A stretch of DNA of 64,000 nt from Rickettsiales bacterium (lineage in GTDB: Bacteria; Pseudomonadota; Alphaproteobacteria; Rickettsiales; JABIRX01): positions 52,813-116,812 of the forward strand of contig CBDCUE010000012.1 of the NCBI GenBank assembly GCA_965222515.1. The letters run 5' to 3'. Shown here in pieces: positions 9,794 to 19,474 of the stretch (positions within the stretch are counted from its first letter, which is position 1; every line of letters begins with the position of its first letter). Below the pieces are notes generated by a model, which was not told the DNA's origin, did not search any database, and saw only the letters and a program-made list of their open reading frames with translations. Made by a program: the position numbers and the translations under genes.

Positions 9794-10618
9794 TTAATTA
9801 ATTATTAATTTTAGAGAAATATCAGTAGCTTGCACAGAATGAGTCAGCTCTCCAACAGAAATAAAATCTACATCTATTTTACATAATTCTTCTATTTGAG
9901 ATATTTTAATATTACCAGATACTTCCACTTTGGTTTTTCCTTCAATCAAAATAATAGCCTCTTTTATTTGCCTTAAGTTCATATTATCTAACATAATAAT
10001 GTCAGGCAATGATTTTAGAGCCTCCTTAATTTGATCAAAATCCTCACATTCTATTTCCTTTATAAGTAGACTTCTTTTGCATAATTCAAGAGCATCAAGC
10101 ACCCCGCCACTTGCTACAATATGATTATCTTTAATTAATATTTGATCGCTTAAATTATATCTATGATTTTTTCCTCCCCCAACTCTAACCGCATATTTGC
10201 TGGCATTTCTGTAAAGAGGCAAGGTTTTTCTAGTATCTAAAATCTGAGTATTATAATGTTTTGTTTTTTCTACAAATTTATGTGTTCTGCTTGATATACC
10301 AGATAAATATTGCAAAAAATTTAGAATTACCCTCTCAACCAACAAAATATTTTTAGCACTACCTCTTCCCTGCACAATCACTTGCCCTTTTTCAATTTTA
10401 TCACCATCTTTAAAAAAAAATTCAAAAATATTAATGTTTTTTAATAAAAAAGTATATTTTACAAACTCTACTCCACATAAAATAAAATCTTCTTTAGCTA
10501 TAATTTGAAAATCAGCTTTTACTTTTCTTGAAACAGTAAGATTAGAAGTAATATCTCCATTTGGAACATCTTCTTTTAAAGCTAATTTAACTAATTTATG
10601 TATTTCTTTCTTTTTCAT
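9794..10618 (-). CDS. nadC: Nicotinate-nucleotide pyrophosphorylase (quinolinate phosphoribosyltransferase)
   Basis: 'ILDTRKTLPLYRNASKYAVRVGGGKNHRYNLSDQILIKDNH' is the QPRTase signature region. Confidence 0.9.
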   Translation of the reverse strand: MKKKEIHKLVKLALKEDVPNGDITSNLTVSRKVKADFQIIAKEDFILCGVEFVKYTFLLKNINIFEFFFKDGDKIEKGQVIVQGRGSAKNILLVERVILNFLQYLSGISSRTHKFVEKTKHYNTQILDTRKTLPLYRNASKYAVRVGGGKNHRYNLSDQILIKDNHIVASGGVLDALELCKRSLLIKEIECEDFDQIKEALKSLPDIIMLDNMNLRQIKEAIILIEGKTKVEVSGNIKISQIEELCKIDVDFISVGELTHSVQATDISLKLIIN

Positions 10619-11397
10619 TAATATAAATGTTTTTTTTCAGGAAATTTTTCTTTTTTTACTTCTTCACTGTATTTTTTTACAGCTTGCTTAATATTTTTAG
10701 ATAAATCAGCATATTTTTTAACAAATTTTGCTGTTTTATCACAAATACCCAATAAATCGTCAGTGACTAACACTTGCCCATCACATTTTTTTGATGCCCC
10801 AATAGCAATAGTAATTATTTCTGGCAATTCTTCAACTATTTGATCTGCAATATTTTCTTTTATAGCCTCTAACACTAAAATTTTTGCTCCTGCTTTAGCA
10901 ACAGCTTTTGCATCATTGATAATTTTGTCTTTATCGGTTTGCACTTTATAACCACCATAAATATTCACCGATTGTGGTTGTAAACCAATATGGGCTACTA
11001 CCAATACCCCTCTGTTACTTAAAAAATCAATAGTTTCTGCCATTTCTATCCCTCCTTCTAGCTTCACACTATCTGCACCTGTTGCTTTTAAAATTTTACA
11101 AGCATTTTTAAAAGCCTGCTCTTTACTTTTTTGATAAGATCCAAAAGGCATATCCACAATAACAAAAGACTTTTTAGTGGCTTTTACCACTGCTTTAGCA
11201 TGATTTATTATCATATCAATAGTAACAGGCAAAGTACTATCCATACCATATACTACCATACCAAGAGAATCTCCAACCAGCATAATGTCAGAATATTCAT
11301 CAATCAAAACAGCAATATTATGACTATAAGCCGTTGTCATTACTATTTTTTCTTTTTTCTTTTTTTTCTGATATAAATCAAAAATATTATTTTTCAT
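10618..11397 (-). CDS. panB: 3-methyl-2-oxobutanoate hydroxymethyltransferase
   Basis: 'MLVGDSLGMVVYGMDSTLPVTIDMIINHAKAV' and 'VKLEGG' are PanB motifs. Length is 259 aa. Confidence 0.9.
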   Translation of the reverse strand: MKNNIFDLYQKKKKKEKIVMTTAYSHNIAVLIDEYSDIMLVGDSLGMVVYGMDSTLPVTIDMIINHAKAVVKATKKSFVIVDMPFGSYQKSKEQAFKNACKILKATGADSVKLEGGIEMAETIDFLSNRGVLVVAHIGLQPQSVNIYGGYKVQTDKDKIINDAKAVAKAGAKILVLEAIKENIADQIVEELPEIITIAIGASKKCDGQVLVTDDLLGICDKTAKFVKKYADLSKNIKQAVKKYSEEVKKEKFPEKKHLY

Positions 11398-12382
11398 TTT
11401 TTCTTGATAAAAATTCTTTAATAAAAATAATCCTATTTTGTTTTATTGCAATAATAGAATGAGAAAAACTAACTCTTTTATTAATTTTGTTATTAATAAT
11501 GTTTTGATATAAAACCCATAATTTTTCAAATCTAGGTTTATAATGATTATCATTAATTTTATTAAAAATATAAACAAGCAATCTTAAGGCTATTTCACTA
11601 TGAAGTTTTTTAAATTCATCTAACGATAAAAACAACTCTTTTTTTTCATTTTCTTTAACTAATTTTTGGTATTTTTCTGCTACATATTGAGTAAAAAAAT
11701 CTTTTGCTCTAGAAAAATGGGACATTGATACCGAAATTCTTTTTTCAGTCAAATCATCATCTATTATTTCTTTTAATAATTTTCTAATTTTATTTCTTAA
11801 AAATTTTTGATCATCATTAGTTTCATCAACAAAATATATTATTTTGTTTTTTTCAATAAAATCATTCAAAACAGATTTTTTAATATTTAAAAATGGCCTA
11901 ATTAAAGTAATATTATTATCTAATTTTTTTACTGCCGAAATATTAGCCAAGCCATCAATACCACTTCCTCTTGATAATCTAATAAAAAAATTCTCAATTT
12001 GATCATCAAAATGATGAGCCGTTAAAATTACATTTATATTATTTTCTACTGCATAATCTAATAAAATTTGATATCTTCCTTCTCTTGCTTTGGCCTCTAT
12101 ATTAGTTTCAATTTCCTTTCCTTCCTGCCAAGAAAGCACTTTGTGATTAACATCATATTCTTTCATTATTTTGTGCAATTCTTTCGCCTCACTGGCAGAA
12201 TTATCTCTTAAATTATGGTTTATGGTTAAAGAAAAAAGATCGCTATTGTGATTCTGACAAAATTCTTTGGCAACAAATAATAATGCCATACTGTCAGCCC
12301 CACCTGACAAGGCTATTAATATTTTTTTTTCTGACAAGAAATGATTATATTTTTCTAACTGGGCTAGTAATATCTCTGACAT
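11387..12382 (-). CDS. tilS: tRNA(Ile)-lysidine synthetase
   Basis: N-terminal PP-loop 'ALSGGADSMALL', followed by 'LTINHNLR' and 'TAHHFDDQIENFFIRLSRGSG'. Confidence 0.85.
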   Translation of the reverse strand: MSEILLAQLEKYNHFLSEKKILIALSGGADSMALLFVAKEFCQNHNSDLFSLTINHNLRDNSASEAKELHKIMKEYDVNHKVLSWQEGKEIETNIEAKAREGRYQILLDYAVENNINVILTAHHFDDQIENFFIRLSRGSGIDGLANISAVKKLDNNITLIRPFLNIKKSVLNDFIEKNKIIYFVDETNDDQKFLRNKIRKLLKEIIDDDLTEKRISVSMSHFSRAKDFFTQYVAEKYQKLVKENEKKELFLSLDEFKKLHSEIALRLLVYIFNKINDNHYKPRFEKLWVLYQNIINNKINKRVSFSHSIIAIKQNRIIFIKEFLSRKNEK

Positions 12383-12405
12383 ATTAATATTCTAACTTGA
12401 TAAAA

Positions 12406-13092
12406 TTATTTAGCTCTACAACCAAAAGAAGCTAGTTTTTTTAATGATTTATTTCTTAAAGAAGCACTGGTACCTTTACCTTTTGTCACTAAAATTTGCA
12501 ATCCACCACAAGCCTCCTGTCTCTTTCCTAAATTATTTAAAGATAAAGATAATTTATATAAAGCTTCATTTCTTTTGGGGCCTATTGGATGGTCTTTATA
12601 AGAAATTAAATATTTTTTTGCTGCCAATTTATAGTTTTTTTCAACATAAGCAATGTCTCCTAGCCAAAAATAAACCTCCCCTACTTTTTTATCTTTAGGA
12701 TATTTTATTAAAAACAATTCAAAAGATTTTTTTGCTATATCATAATGCCCCTTTTTCAGCATATTAAAACCATAAAAAAACTCATTAGCATTTAAGCCAG
12801 AATCATCACCTTCTTTTACTTCTTTTCCTTCTACTTTATGGCTTACCTCTAAAATAACCTTATCCAAAACTTTTAATTTCTCAGATAAAGAGTTTATTTG
12901 AGCATATAATTCACTAAACTTAGCTTCCAATTTGAGAATTTTATACTCTAATTCTTCTGGCGATAAAGCTGCTTGATTATTATCACTTATGGAAATACTT
13001 CTCTCATCATTTTTTTTAGCTTGCGACAAAGAGACATTTAAAACTAATATTAATAATAAACAAAATGAGCTAATTATTATTTTTTTATTCAT
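12406..13092 (-). CDS. cpoB: Tol-Pal system protein CpoB/YbgF
   Basis: Signal peptide, a coiled-coil segment, then a TPR-like C-terminus ('YFWLGDIAYVEKNYKLAAKKY...'). It lies directly downstream of pal. Confidence 0.75.
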   Translation of the reverse strand: MNKKIIISSFCLLLILVLNVSLSQAKKNDERSISISDNNQAALSPEELEYKILKLEAKFSELYAQINSLSEKLKVLDKVILEVSHKVEGKEVKEGDDSGLNANEFFYGFNMLKKGHYDIAKKSFELFLIKYPKDKKVGEVYFWLGDIAYVEKNYKLAAKKYLISYKDHPIGPKRNEALYKLSLSLNNLGKRQEACGGLQILVTKGKGTSASLRNKSLKKLASFGCRAK

Positions 13093-13122
13093 ATATGAAA
13101 TAAATTTAATTATCTAATGAAG

Positions 13123-13593
13123 CTATCTAATAAAAATTTCAGCCCTACGATTTAACTTATAAAATCTTTCACTAGCACCAACTGCAACGGGTTTTTCTTC
13201 TCCATAACTTATAGCTTTAATGTTTGTTATATTATATGATTCAAGAAAACTTTTTACTTGGTAAGCTCTTTTTTGCCCTAAAGCAAGATTATATTCTTTG
13301 CTTCCTCGTTCATCACAATGACCTGAAACAACAACTTTTTTATATTCAGTGCTTTGTAACAGCTGAGCTAATTCAATAAGATATGCTTTGCTATAACTAG
13401 TTAATGAACTACTATCAAATGAAAAGTATATTTTTCTTTCTTTTGACAATTCTTCATATTTATAATTCTTTTTATTAGTCACCTCCAAATCAACATTTTG
13501 TGGCACCAATAAAGCATCATCTGCTATATCATCTGTTCCTGCAACACAACTTGACAAGAAGATTACAAGTAAAAAAGTTATTAGAATTTTCAT
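13123..13593 (-). CDS. pal: Peptidoglycan-associated lipoprotein Pal (OmpA family)
   Basis: Lipobox 'FLSSCVAG' and OmpA-like motif 'VSGHCDERGSKEYNLALGQKRA...NRRAEI'. Confidence 0.85.
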   Translation of the reverse strand: MKILITFLLVIFLSSCVAGTDDIADDALLVPQNVDLEVTNKKNYKYEELSKERKIYFSFDSSSLTSYSKAYLIELAQLLQSTEYKKVVVSGHCDERGSKEYNLALGQKRAYQVKSFLESYNITNIKAISYGEEKPVAVGASERFYKLNRRAEIFIR

Positions 13594-13685
13594 ATTTATT
13601 TTTTATAAGTTTAAGATTATTAATGTTTATAATAAAAATATATAGTTTACAATTATTATTTTTATAAACACAAAAAAAGAAGTTA

Positions 13686-15158
13686 ATGGCTTATAATAGT
13701 TTAAGAGATTTTTTACAAGATTTAGAAAAGAAAAATTTATTAAAAACCATTTCTCAAGAAATTTCTACTAATTTAGAAATAACAGAAATTCATAAAAGAT
13801 TTTTAGAAAAGTCTGGTCCTGCTCTATTATTTAACAATATTTCGCACCACAACAAACCATCAGACATCCCTGTATTAGCTAATTTGTTTGGCACAAAAGA
13901 AAGAATCGCCTTAGGTCTTGGAGTTCACTCAAATAATTTAGCAGAAATTGGCAAAACCTTAGCCTTTTTAAGACAACCAAACCCACCTAGCAATTTTAAA
14001 GAAGCAATAAAAATGTTACCTTTAATAAAAACTTTGCTAAAAATGAAACCAAAAATTGTTAATAAAACAATAGCTCAAGAAGTTATCTATAAAGAAGATG
14101 CAGTTGATCTAAACAAACTACCAATACAAACTTGCTGGCCAAACGAACCTGCCCCTCTTATTACTTGGGGATTGGTTGTAACTCAAGGACCAAATCCTAA
14201 AACAGATCTTGAAGATGATTTCAATTTAGGAATTTATAGAATGCAACAAGTAAGTAAAAACAAGCTAATAATGAGATGGCTAAAACATAGAGGTGGAGCA
14301 GAGCATCATAGAAAATCACAAAAAAACAAAAAGTTTCCAGTAGCAGTAGTTATTGGAGCAGACCCTGCTACCATATTAGCGGCAGTGGCCCCTATTCCTG
14401 AAACTTTATCAGAATATAAATTTGCAGGTCTTTTAAGAGATAAATCTCTTGAGCTAGTAAAATGTAAAACTATTCCTTTAAAAGTTCCTGCTAATGCTGA
14501 AATAATATTAGAAGGATATGTTAGCTTTGATGAATATTTAGAGGAAGGTCCTTATGGCGATCATACAGGATATTATAATGAAAAAGAAAAATTCCCCGTT
14601 TTCAATGTTACTGCAATTACTCACCGAAAAAATCCTATTTACTTAACCACTTACACAGGAAGACCTCCAGATGAACCTAGTATTTTAGGAGAGGCTTTTA
14701 ATGAAATTTTCAATCCTTTATTAAAACAACAATTTCCTGAAATTGTAGATTTTTGGCTACCACCTGAAGGATGCTCTTATAGAATTGCTGTTGTTTCTAT
14801 TAAAAAATCTTATGCAGGACATAGTAAAAGAATTATGTTTGGTATTTGGAGTTTTTTAAAACAATTTTTATACACCAAGTTTATTATTGTAGTAGATGAT
14901 GATATTAATGTTAGAGATTGGAAAGATGTAATGTGGGCAATCTCTACTAGAATGGATTTTGCAAGAGATACAGTAACTATAGAGCACACTCCAATAGATT
15001 ACTTAGATTTTGCTTCTCCAGAATCAGGATTAGGCTCAAAAATGGGTTTTGATGCAACCAACAAAATTTATACTGAAACAAAAAGAGAATGGGGCAGAAA
15101 ACTAGAAATGAACAAGCAAACTATTGACAGAATAGATAAGATTTTTGGTAAGCTGTAA
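13686..15158 (+). CDS. ubiD: UbiD-family decarboxylase (4-hydroxy-3-polyprenylbenzoate decarboxylase)
   Basis: 490 aa with '[12 protein letters not shown]' and '[16 protein letters not shown]', typical of UbiD. Confidence 0.85.
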   Translation: MAYNSLRDFLQDLEKKNLLKTISQEISTNLEITEIHKRFLEKSGPALLFNNISHHNKPSDIPVLANLFGTKERIALGLGVHSNNLAEIGKTLAFLRQPNPPSNFKEAIKMLPLIKTLLKMKPKIVNKTIAQEVIYKEDAVDLNKLPIQTCWPNEPAPLITWGLVVTQGPNPKTDLEDDFNLGIYRMQQVSKNKLIMRWLKHRGGAEHHRKSQKNKKFPVAVVIGADPATILAAVAPIPETLSEYKFAGLLRDKSLELVKCKTIPLKVPANAEIILEGYVSFDEYLEEGPYGDHTGYYNEKEKFPVFNVTAITHRKNPIYLTTYTGRPPDEPSILGEAFNEIFNPLLKQQFPEIVDFWLPPEGCSYRIAVVSIKKSYAGHSKRIMFGIWSFLKQFLYTKFIIVVDDDINVRDWKDVMWAISTRMDFARDTVTIEHTPIDYLDFASPESGLGSKMGFDATNKIYTETKREWGRKLEMNKQTIDRIDKIFGKL

Positions 15159-15184
15159 AAATACTCTCTAAAATACAAGCAAAT

Positions 15185-16393
15185 CTATATCATAACACCA
15201 GAATCTTTTAGAGATAATACCTTAGGGTTAAGTATAAGATAATTAGGTGATCTTTCTCTCTTATTAGCTTGAAATAATTTCTCTAAATGATTAATATACA
15301 AGCTAACAGTGTTTGCTTCAGGATTTTTCTCTTGAGCTTGTTTGATTTCCATATAAGGCTCTATCATTTCTATTTCCATTATTGAAAATAGAATATTATT
15401 ATCTGCATCCTTGCCATTTCTTACAATATCAATCCTCTGGTAACAAGGGTGTTTTATATTACTTTCAGTTAATTTTTGGTTGGTGCATGTATGAATTTTT
15501 TGTGCAGCCTGCAAAGCTTGTAAAAATATATCTTTGCTTATTCTAACATCAAAAAGAGATTTATTATTATGATTATTTATATCATTAATAGAATCCGTTA
15601 ATTTTTTAGAATTCTTCAAATCCTTATCTCCAGTATGAAAATGAAAGCTTTTTCCTCCAAAAGAAGCTTGAACTCTATAATCGTTTATAGTTCCAACTTT
15701 TAAATAAGAATGACTAAAAGTATCTCCAAAAAATACAAAACTAAATTCTCCTTGTGAGATTTCTGGAATAAATTTCTGTATAATTACACCTTGATTTTCT
15801 TTTTTTACTTTTTTAAAATGATTGCTAAAATCTGCTGATATTTCTGATACTTTAATTTTTCTAGTAGCTGTTGCATTACCATCTATAATCCCTTTTAAGA
15901 CAATGCTATCTTCATCTTTCAAAGATTCTTCTTTTTTCATTGACTCTATTACATCTTTCAAAGTTTTTTGTGAATTACTTTGTATAAATTTTGTATCATT
16001 TAAAAATTTAGTTCCTTGAAAGTCAGATAAATAGTTTTTATCTATATTGAATTTCATCAAATCCACTGGGTTAGCAACAATTACTCCTGAGGTTTCTAAC
16101 TTGCTTAAAAAATCTTGAAATTCAGGAATATTACTAAAGTAATCCCAAACTGGTCCCATAACAACTAACTCATCATTTTCTTTTCTCCAATTAAGTTCTG
16201 TATTTCTCCAGTTTACAACCTCTACTTCATAATTTAACTGAACTAGCTCTGGTATAAGAAGAGACATCCAAGGTTGCTGTATCTTTCCAATACGATCCAT
16301 ATCTTGATAATTAATCTCTTTTCCTTCATATGGACCATTTCCCATAGATTCTTTAGAGGATATTATTATGATTTTTTTTGGTTTGTCTGACAT
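15185..16393 (-). CDS. ATP-grasp domain protein (glutathione synthetase/RimK-like ligase fold), substrate unknown
   Basis: 'VIIQKFIPEISQGEFSFVFFGDTFSHSYLKVGTINDYRVQASFGG' and 'CYQRIDIVRNG...FSIMEIEMIEPYMEI' match the usual ATP-grasp C-terminal pattern. Confidence 0.55.
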   Translation of the reverse strand: MSDKPKKIIIISSKESMGNGPYEGKEINYQDMDRIGKIQQPWMSLLIPELVQLNYEVEVVNWRNTELNWRKENDELVVMGPVWDYFSNIPEFQDFLSKLETSGVIVANPVDLMKFNIDKNYLSDFQGTKFLNDTKFIQSNSQKTLKDVIESMKKEESLKDEDSIVLKGIIDGNATATRKIKVSEISADFSNHFKKVKKENQGVIIQKFIPEISQGEFSFVFFGDTFSHSYLKVGTINDYRVQASFGGKSFHFHTGDKDLKNSKKLTDSINDINNHNNKSLFDVRISKDIFLQALQAAQKIHTCTNQKLTESNIKHPCYQRIDIVRNGKDADNNILFSIMEIEMIEPYMEIKQAQEKNPEANTVSLYINHLEKLFQANKRERSPNYLILNPKVLSLKDSGVMI

Positions 16394-16411
16394 ATATTTT
16401 TACCTTTATTA

Positions 16412-16438
16412 TATTAGTTTTATAATTGATCTATAGTC
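16412..16438. repeat. Degenerate solo terminal repeat of the palindromic MITE-like family
   Basis: 'TATTAGTTTTATAATTGATCTATAGTC' compares with the consensus 'TACTATTTTAGCTTTATAATTGACCTATAGCC'. Confidence 0.35.
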
Positions 16439-16527
16439 AATAAAAACCCTTAGTAAAAATAAATTTTAGAGCATAACATTACTGATTGTCAATAGTTTTA
16501 TCTAAAAAAATTCCAATCAAGGTTATT

Positions 16528-16721
16528 GATCAATATGAATACAATAGCAACAGCTATGGGATTTAATCTAAGAAAGTTACTAAACTGCATAGATAGTTAT
16601 CTTTTTGCCATAATCTCAGGAGCAGTTTTTACAATAAAATATCTTTTTTTAAGAAAAAAACACTTTTTTTTGCTTGGTAATGTGCTATTCTAGTAAAAAA
16701 GCTGTTCTTTAGGGAGGACTA
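16528..16721 (+). mobile_element. 3'-terminal fragment of an IS5-family copy (transposase C-terminus plus end repeat)
   Basis: It encodes 'NTIATAMGFNLRKLLNCIDSYLFA', nearly identical to the C-terminus of ORF 6165..6950. It ends in 'TTTAGGGAGGACTA', a variant of the IS terminal repeat. Confidence 0.7.
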
Positions 16722-16758
16722 TTTAGTCGCACCTAAATAATTACATTTTTAGTTAACT

Positions 16759-17773
16759 TAACCCCAGTTATGCTTTTTTTAACTTATAACCCCTTGATTT
16801 TTGAATGTTAAAGTTAATTTTAGGTTTATTCTGTTTAAAATCATATGCAATTAACCCAGAAATAATATTCATAAAGAAATTGACGGGAGTTTTGTATTTA
16901 TGAGAAATAATGCTAAAAAACCCTTTTATGGAACCTATAACAGTTTCTACAATACCTCTTTTGGATAATAAAAATCTATTTTTATTGCTTATTTCTTGTT
17001 TTTTCATATTTTTTCTTGTTTTTGTAAATAATTCTAATCCCTGAGATAATAAATTATTTTTAATTTTTTTGCTTATATATCCTTTATCTTCAAACAATTT
17101 TCCTTTTAGTGTTTTAGCTAAAGCAAGCACTGTATCTAGATCTGAACCATTACCCTTTGTAATAGACATATTAACTACTTCTGCTTTATGATTTATAAGC
17201 AAGTGTAACTTGAAACCAAAAAACCAGCCCATAGTTGACTTTCCTCTTGATGCTAGTCCTTTAAATGTTTTATGCCTTCTTATCCTTTGATTTTTACATA
17301 CTGGAATGTATGTTGAATCAATATAATAGCACCCTGTTTTTTCATTTTTATTAATTATTTCTAATAAAAAAGAACTAAGTGGCATAAATGCTATCTTTTG
17401 AATATGTGTAAACCTTGCATAACAAGGCATATTAGGAAAATACTTTTGTAAATTAGGCTTTGCAAACTCAATATAATAATTTTTAAAACAATCATAACTA
17501 CTATTATTATACAATATTAATATACACATTATATCACTAGATTTAAGCCTGTCCTTCCCTTCTTTCCTTAATTTACTACTCTTTTCTGATATTAATTTTT
17601 GATTGAAGTACTTAAAAAATAATTTACAAAAATTATCTATTTGACAATATAGTTTTATTAGTTCAATATCACTTACTAGCATAGCTTTTTTTATTTAGGT
17701 TAAAAAAAATATTAAAATGTCTATGCTAACTTTTTGCAAGGCTTTTTATTAAAAAAAAGCATAACTGGGGTTA
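16759..17773 (-). mobile_element. IS982-family insertion sequence with perfect 15-bp terminal inverted repeats
   Basis: 'TAACCCCAGTTATGC' (16759-16773) and 'GCATAACTGGGGTTA' (17759-17773) bracket a single transposase ORF. Confidence 0.85.
16768..17682 (-). CDS. IS982-family DDE transposase
   Basis: 'YYIDSTYIPVCKNQRIRRHKTFKGLASRGKSTMGWFFGFKLHLLINHKAEV' and 'LFEDKGYISKK...RGIVETVIGSIKGFFSI' are typical of the IS982 family. Length is 304 aa. Confidence 0.85.
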   Translation of the reverse strand: MLVSDIELIKLYCQIDNFCKLFFKYFNQKLISEKSSKLRKEGKDRLKSSDIMCILILYNNSSYDCFKNYYIEFAKPNLQKYFPNMPCYARFTHIQKIAFMPLSSFLLEIINKNEKTGCYYIDSTYIPVCKNQRIRRHKTFKGLASRGKSTMGWFFGFKLHLLINHKAEVVNMSITKGNGSDLDTVLALAKTLKGKLFEDKGYISKKIKNNLLSQGLELFTKTRKNMKKQEISNKNRFLLSKRGIVETVIGSIKGFFSIISHKYKTPVNFFMNIISGLIAYDFKQNKPKINFNIQKSRGYKLKKA

Positions 17774-17988
17774 CTAATTTATGTTTCATATTTATGATAT
17801 TTACTAATTCATTTCTGAACATATCCATATCACTTCCTGTTTGGTGAGTTTTGTGTAACATTTTTTCAAGCTTTTAAGAGTTATTGGTAATAAGCTTGTG
17901 TTTTTACTATGCAAATTATACAAAAAAAACCTTATACTGCAAGGCTTTTTATAGTTTTTTAGGGACGACTAATTAATTTAATTCTTAA

Positions 17989-18966
17989 ATGCCAACAATC
18001 AAAAAAAAAATAGGAGTTAAATTAATACAAATGTTATCAGTAAATAATTTTCTCAGAGGTGGTTATAAAGATATTACTACATCACAAAATTTAATTAAAA
18101 TGGCAATTAATAAGAATAAGGATTCTAATAACAAGCAATCCAAATATATAATAGGCATTGGTGCAGAGGTAAATATGCATAGTGAAATGACTTATGACAA
18201 TAAAGAAATCTCAAAAACATATTCTTTAGGTAACCAAGTCATAACAGAAGAAGCCTCCCCCAATACAAAGATATCTTTTGCTCAAGTTTCTATAAGAAGC
18301 CCTTACATAGAAAAAACTATATCTCTTGATTATATAAAAACATCTTCAAAACAAACATATACTTATAAACCTTATCTCCCTCCTATGTTTCAAAAAATTC
18401 TTAATATTATAGGAAAAAAGGAATCTTTTATGATTACAATCAAAGCAAAAACAAAATATATAGAATCAAGAGGCATATGTCCTATAATAGTAGAGACAAA
18501 TAGAAAGATTACTCCAGCAGCACCATTAAAAATAATGCTAAATGGAGGAACTATAATAAGAAATAAAAAAACATACACAATTAAAGAACCAATTATCTTA
18601 AAAAAAGAATTTTCTGATTATGAAGCAATAAAACTTGTAGGAGTTATTACTGGAACAGATCTTCCTATAAACAAAGAGCTACCTGTATTGCATCTTCATA
18701 GTCTAAAATATGGTCATATTCTTAATATAGGAGACTTAAAAGATGCTTCTATAACCATAACACCAATCAAAGAGATAAATATTTGTTCACTTAATTCAAA
18801 TAATAAAACAAAATTAGAAATTCAAAAAATTAAACTCCAAAAAAAAGAAAAACCTAATAAAAATAATAATATCCAAAAGCAAAATAATATAGTATCTTGG
18901 AAAAAAAAGATAAATTGGCAAAGAGAAAGAGATTTTCTGCAAAAAAAAATAAAAAACATCCTATGA
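17989..18966 (+). CDS. Hypothetical protein (orphan, between IS ends)
   Basis: 325-aa ORF with no motif I recognise and no obvious signal peptide. It has a K/N-rich C-terminal tail. The start codon is 18 nt from the IS terminus at 17971. Confidence 0.5.
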   Translation: MPTIKKKIGVKLIQMLSVNNFLRGGYKDITTSQNLIKMAINKNKDSNNKQSKYIIGIGAEVNMHSEMTYDNKEISKTYSLGNQVITEEASPNTKISFAQVSIRSPYIEKTISLDYIKTSSKQTYTYKPYLPPMFQKILNIIGKKESFMITIKAKTKYIESRGICPIIVETNRKITPAAPLKIMLNGGTIIRNKKTYTIKEPIILKKEFSDYEAIKLVGVITGTDLPINKELPVLHLHSLKYGHILNIGDLKDASITITPIKEINICSLNSNNKTKLEIQKIKLQKKEKPNKNNNIQKQNNIVSWKKKINWQRERDFLQKKIKNIL

Positions 18967-19267
18967 TGCACCCCTAAATTCAGTCAGTTTTTTGTAGATT
19001 TTTGTAGACAGATTGTAAGAAAATTACTATTATATTAATAAATAATTTAATGGTAAAAGAATGACCAAAATAAGAAAAAGTTACAATAGTAATTTAAAAT
19101 TAAAAATAGCCTTAAAATTTTTAGAGGGCGATATGAGTTGCATTGAGATATGTAATAAATATTGGGTAAGCAAAACAGCTGTTCATAAATGGGTAAGGGT
19201 TTTGAAAGAATCTGCAACTAATATTTATGATAGCAAAAATAAGTTTTTTTCAGGCACTGCAACATAA
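18967..19267 (+). mobile_element. IS3-family remnant (left end plus truncated orfA)
   Basis: It starts with 'TGCACCCCTAAATTCAGTCAG' (IS3 ends begin with TG). ORF 19061..19267 'KLKIALKFLEGDMSCIEICNKYWVSKTAVHKWVRVLKE' looks like the HTH OrfA of IS3/IS911-type elements. No orfB follows. Confidence 0.45.
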
Positions 19268-19357
19268 CTATAGATAAAAGTTAAGATTAAGATGTTTTTT
19301 ATAGAATAACAGATTTAAACTAGCATAAATCATATCAAGGGACTTGGAAAATCTTTT

Positions 19358-19389
19358 GGCTATAGGTCAATTATAAAGCTAAAATAGTA
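19358..19389. repeat. Solo right terminal repeat of the palindromic MITE-like family
   Basis: 'GGCTATAGGTCAATTATAAAGCTAAAATAGTA' is identical to the right arm at 28747-28778. Confidence 0.7.
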
Positions 19390-19474
19390 TAAGAATTATT
19401 TTTATTATTAGATTTGTTAAAATAACTATTTTACACACTATTCCCTTTATTGTCTATAATTATGTCTCAATTCC

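Larger units (their letters stand above)
16724..17971 (-). mobile_element. Internally deleted IS5-family copy carrying a nested IS982-family element
   Basis: 16724-16757 equals the left end of the 6121 copy ('TAGTCGCACCTAAATAATTACATTTTTAGTTAA'). 17771-17971 matches 7420-7607 of that copy and ends in 'TTTAGGGACGACTA'. The interior is replaced by the IS982 element. Confidence 0.7.
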
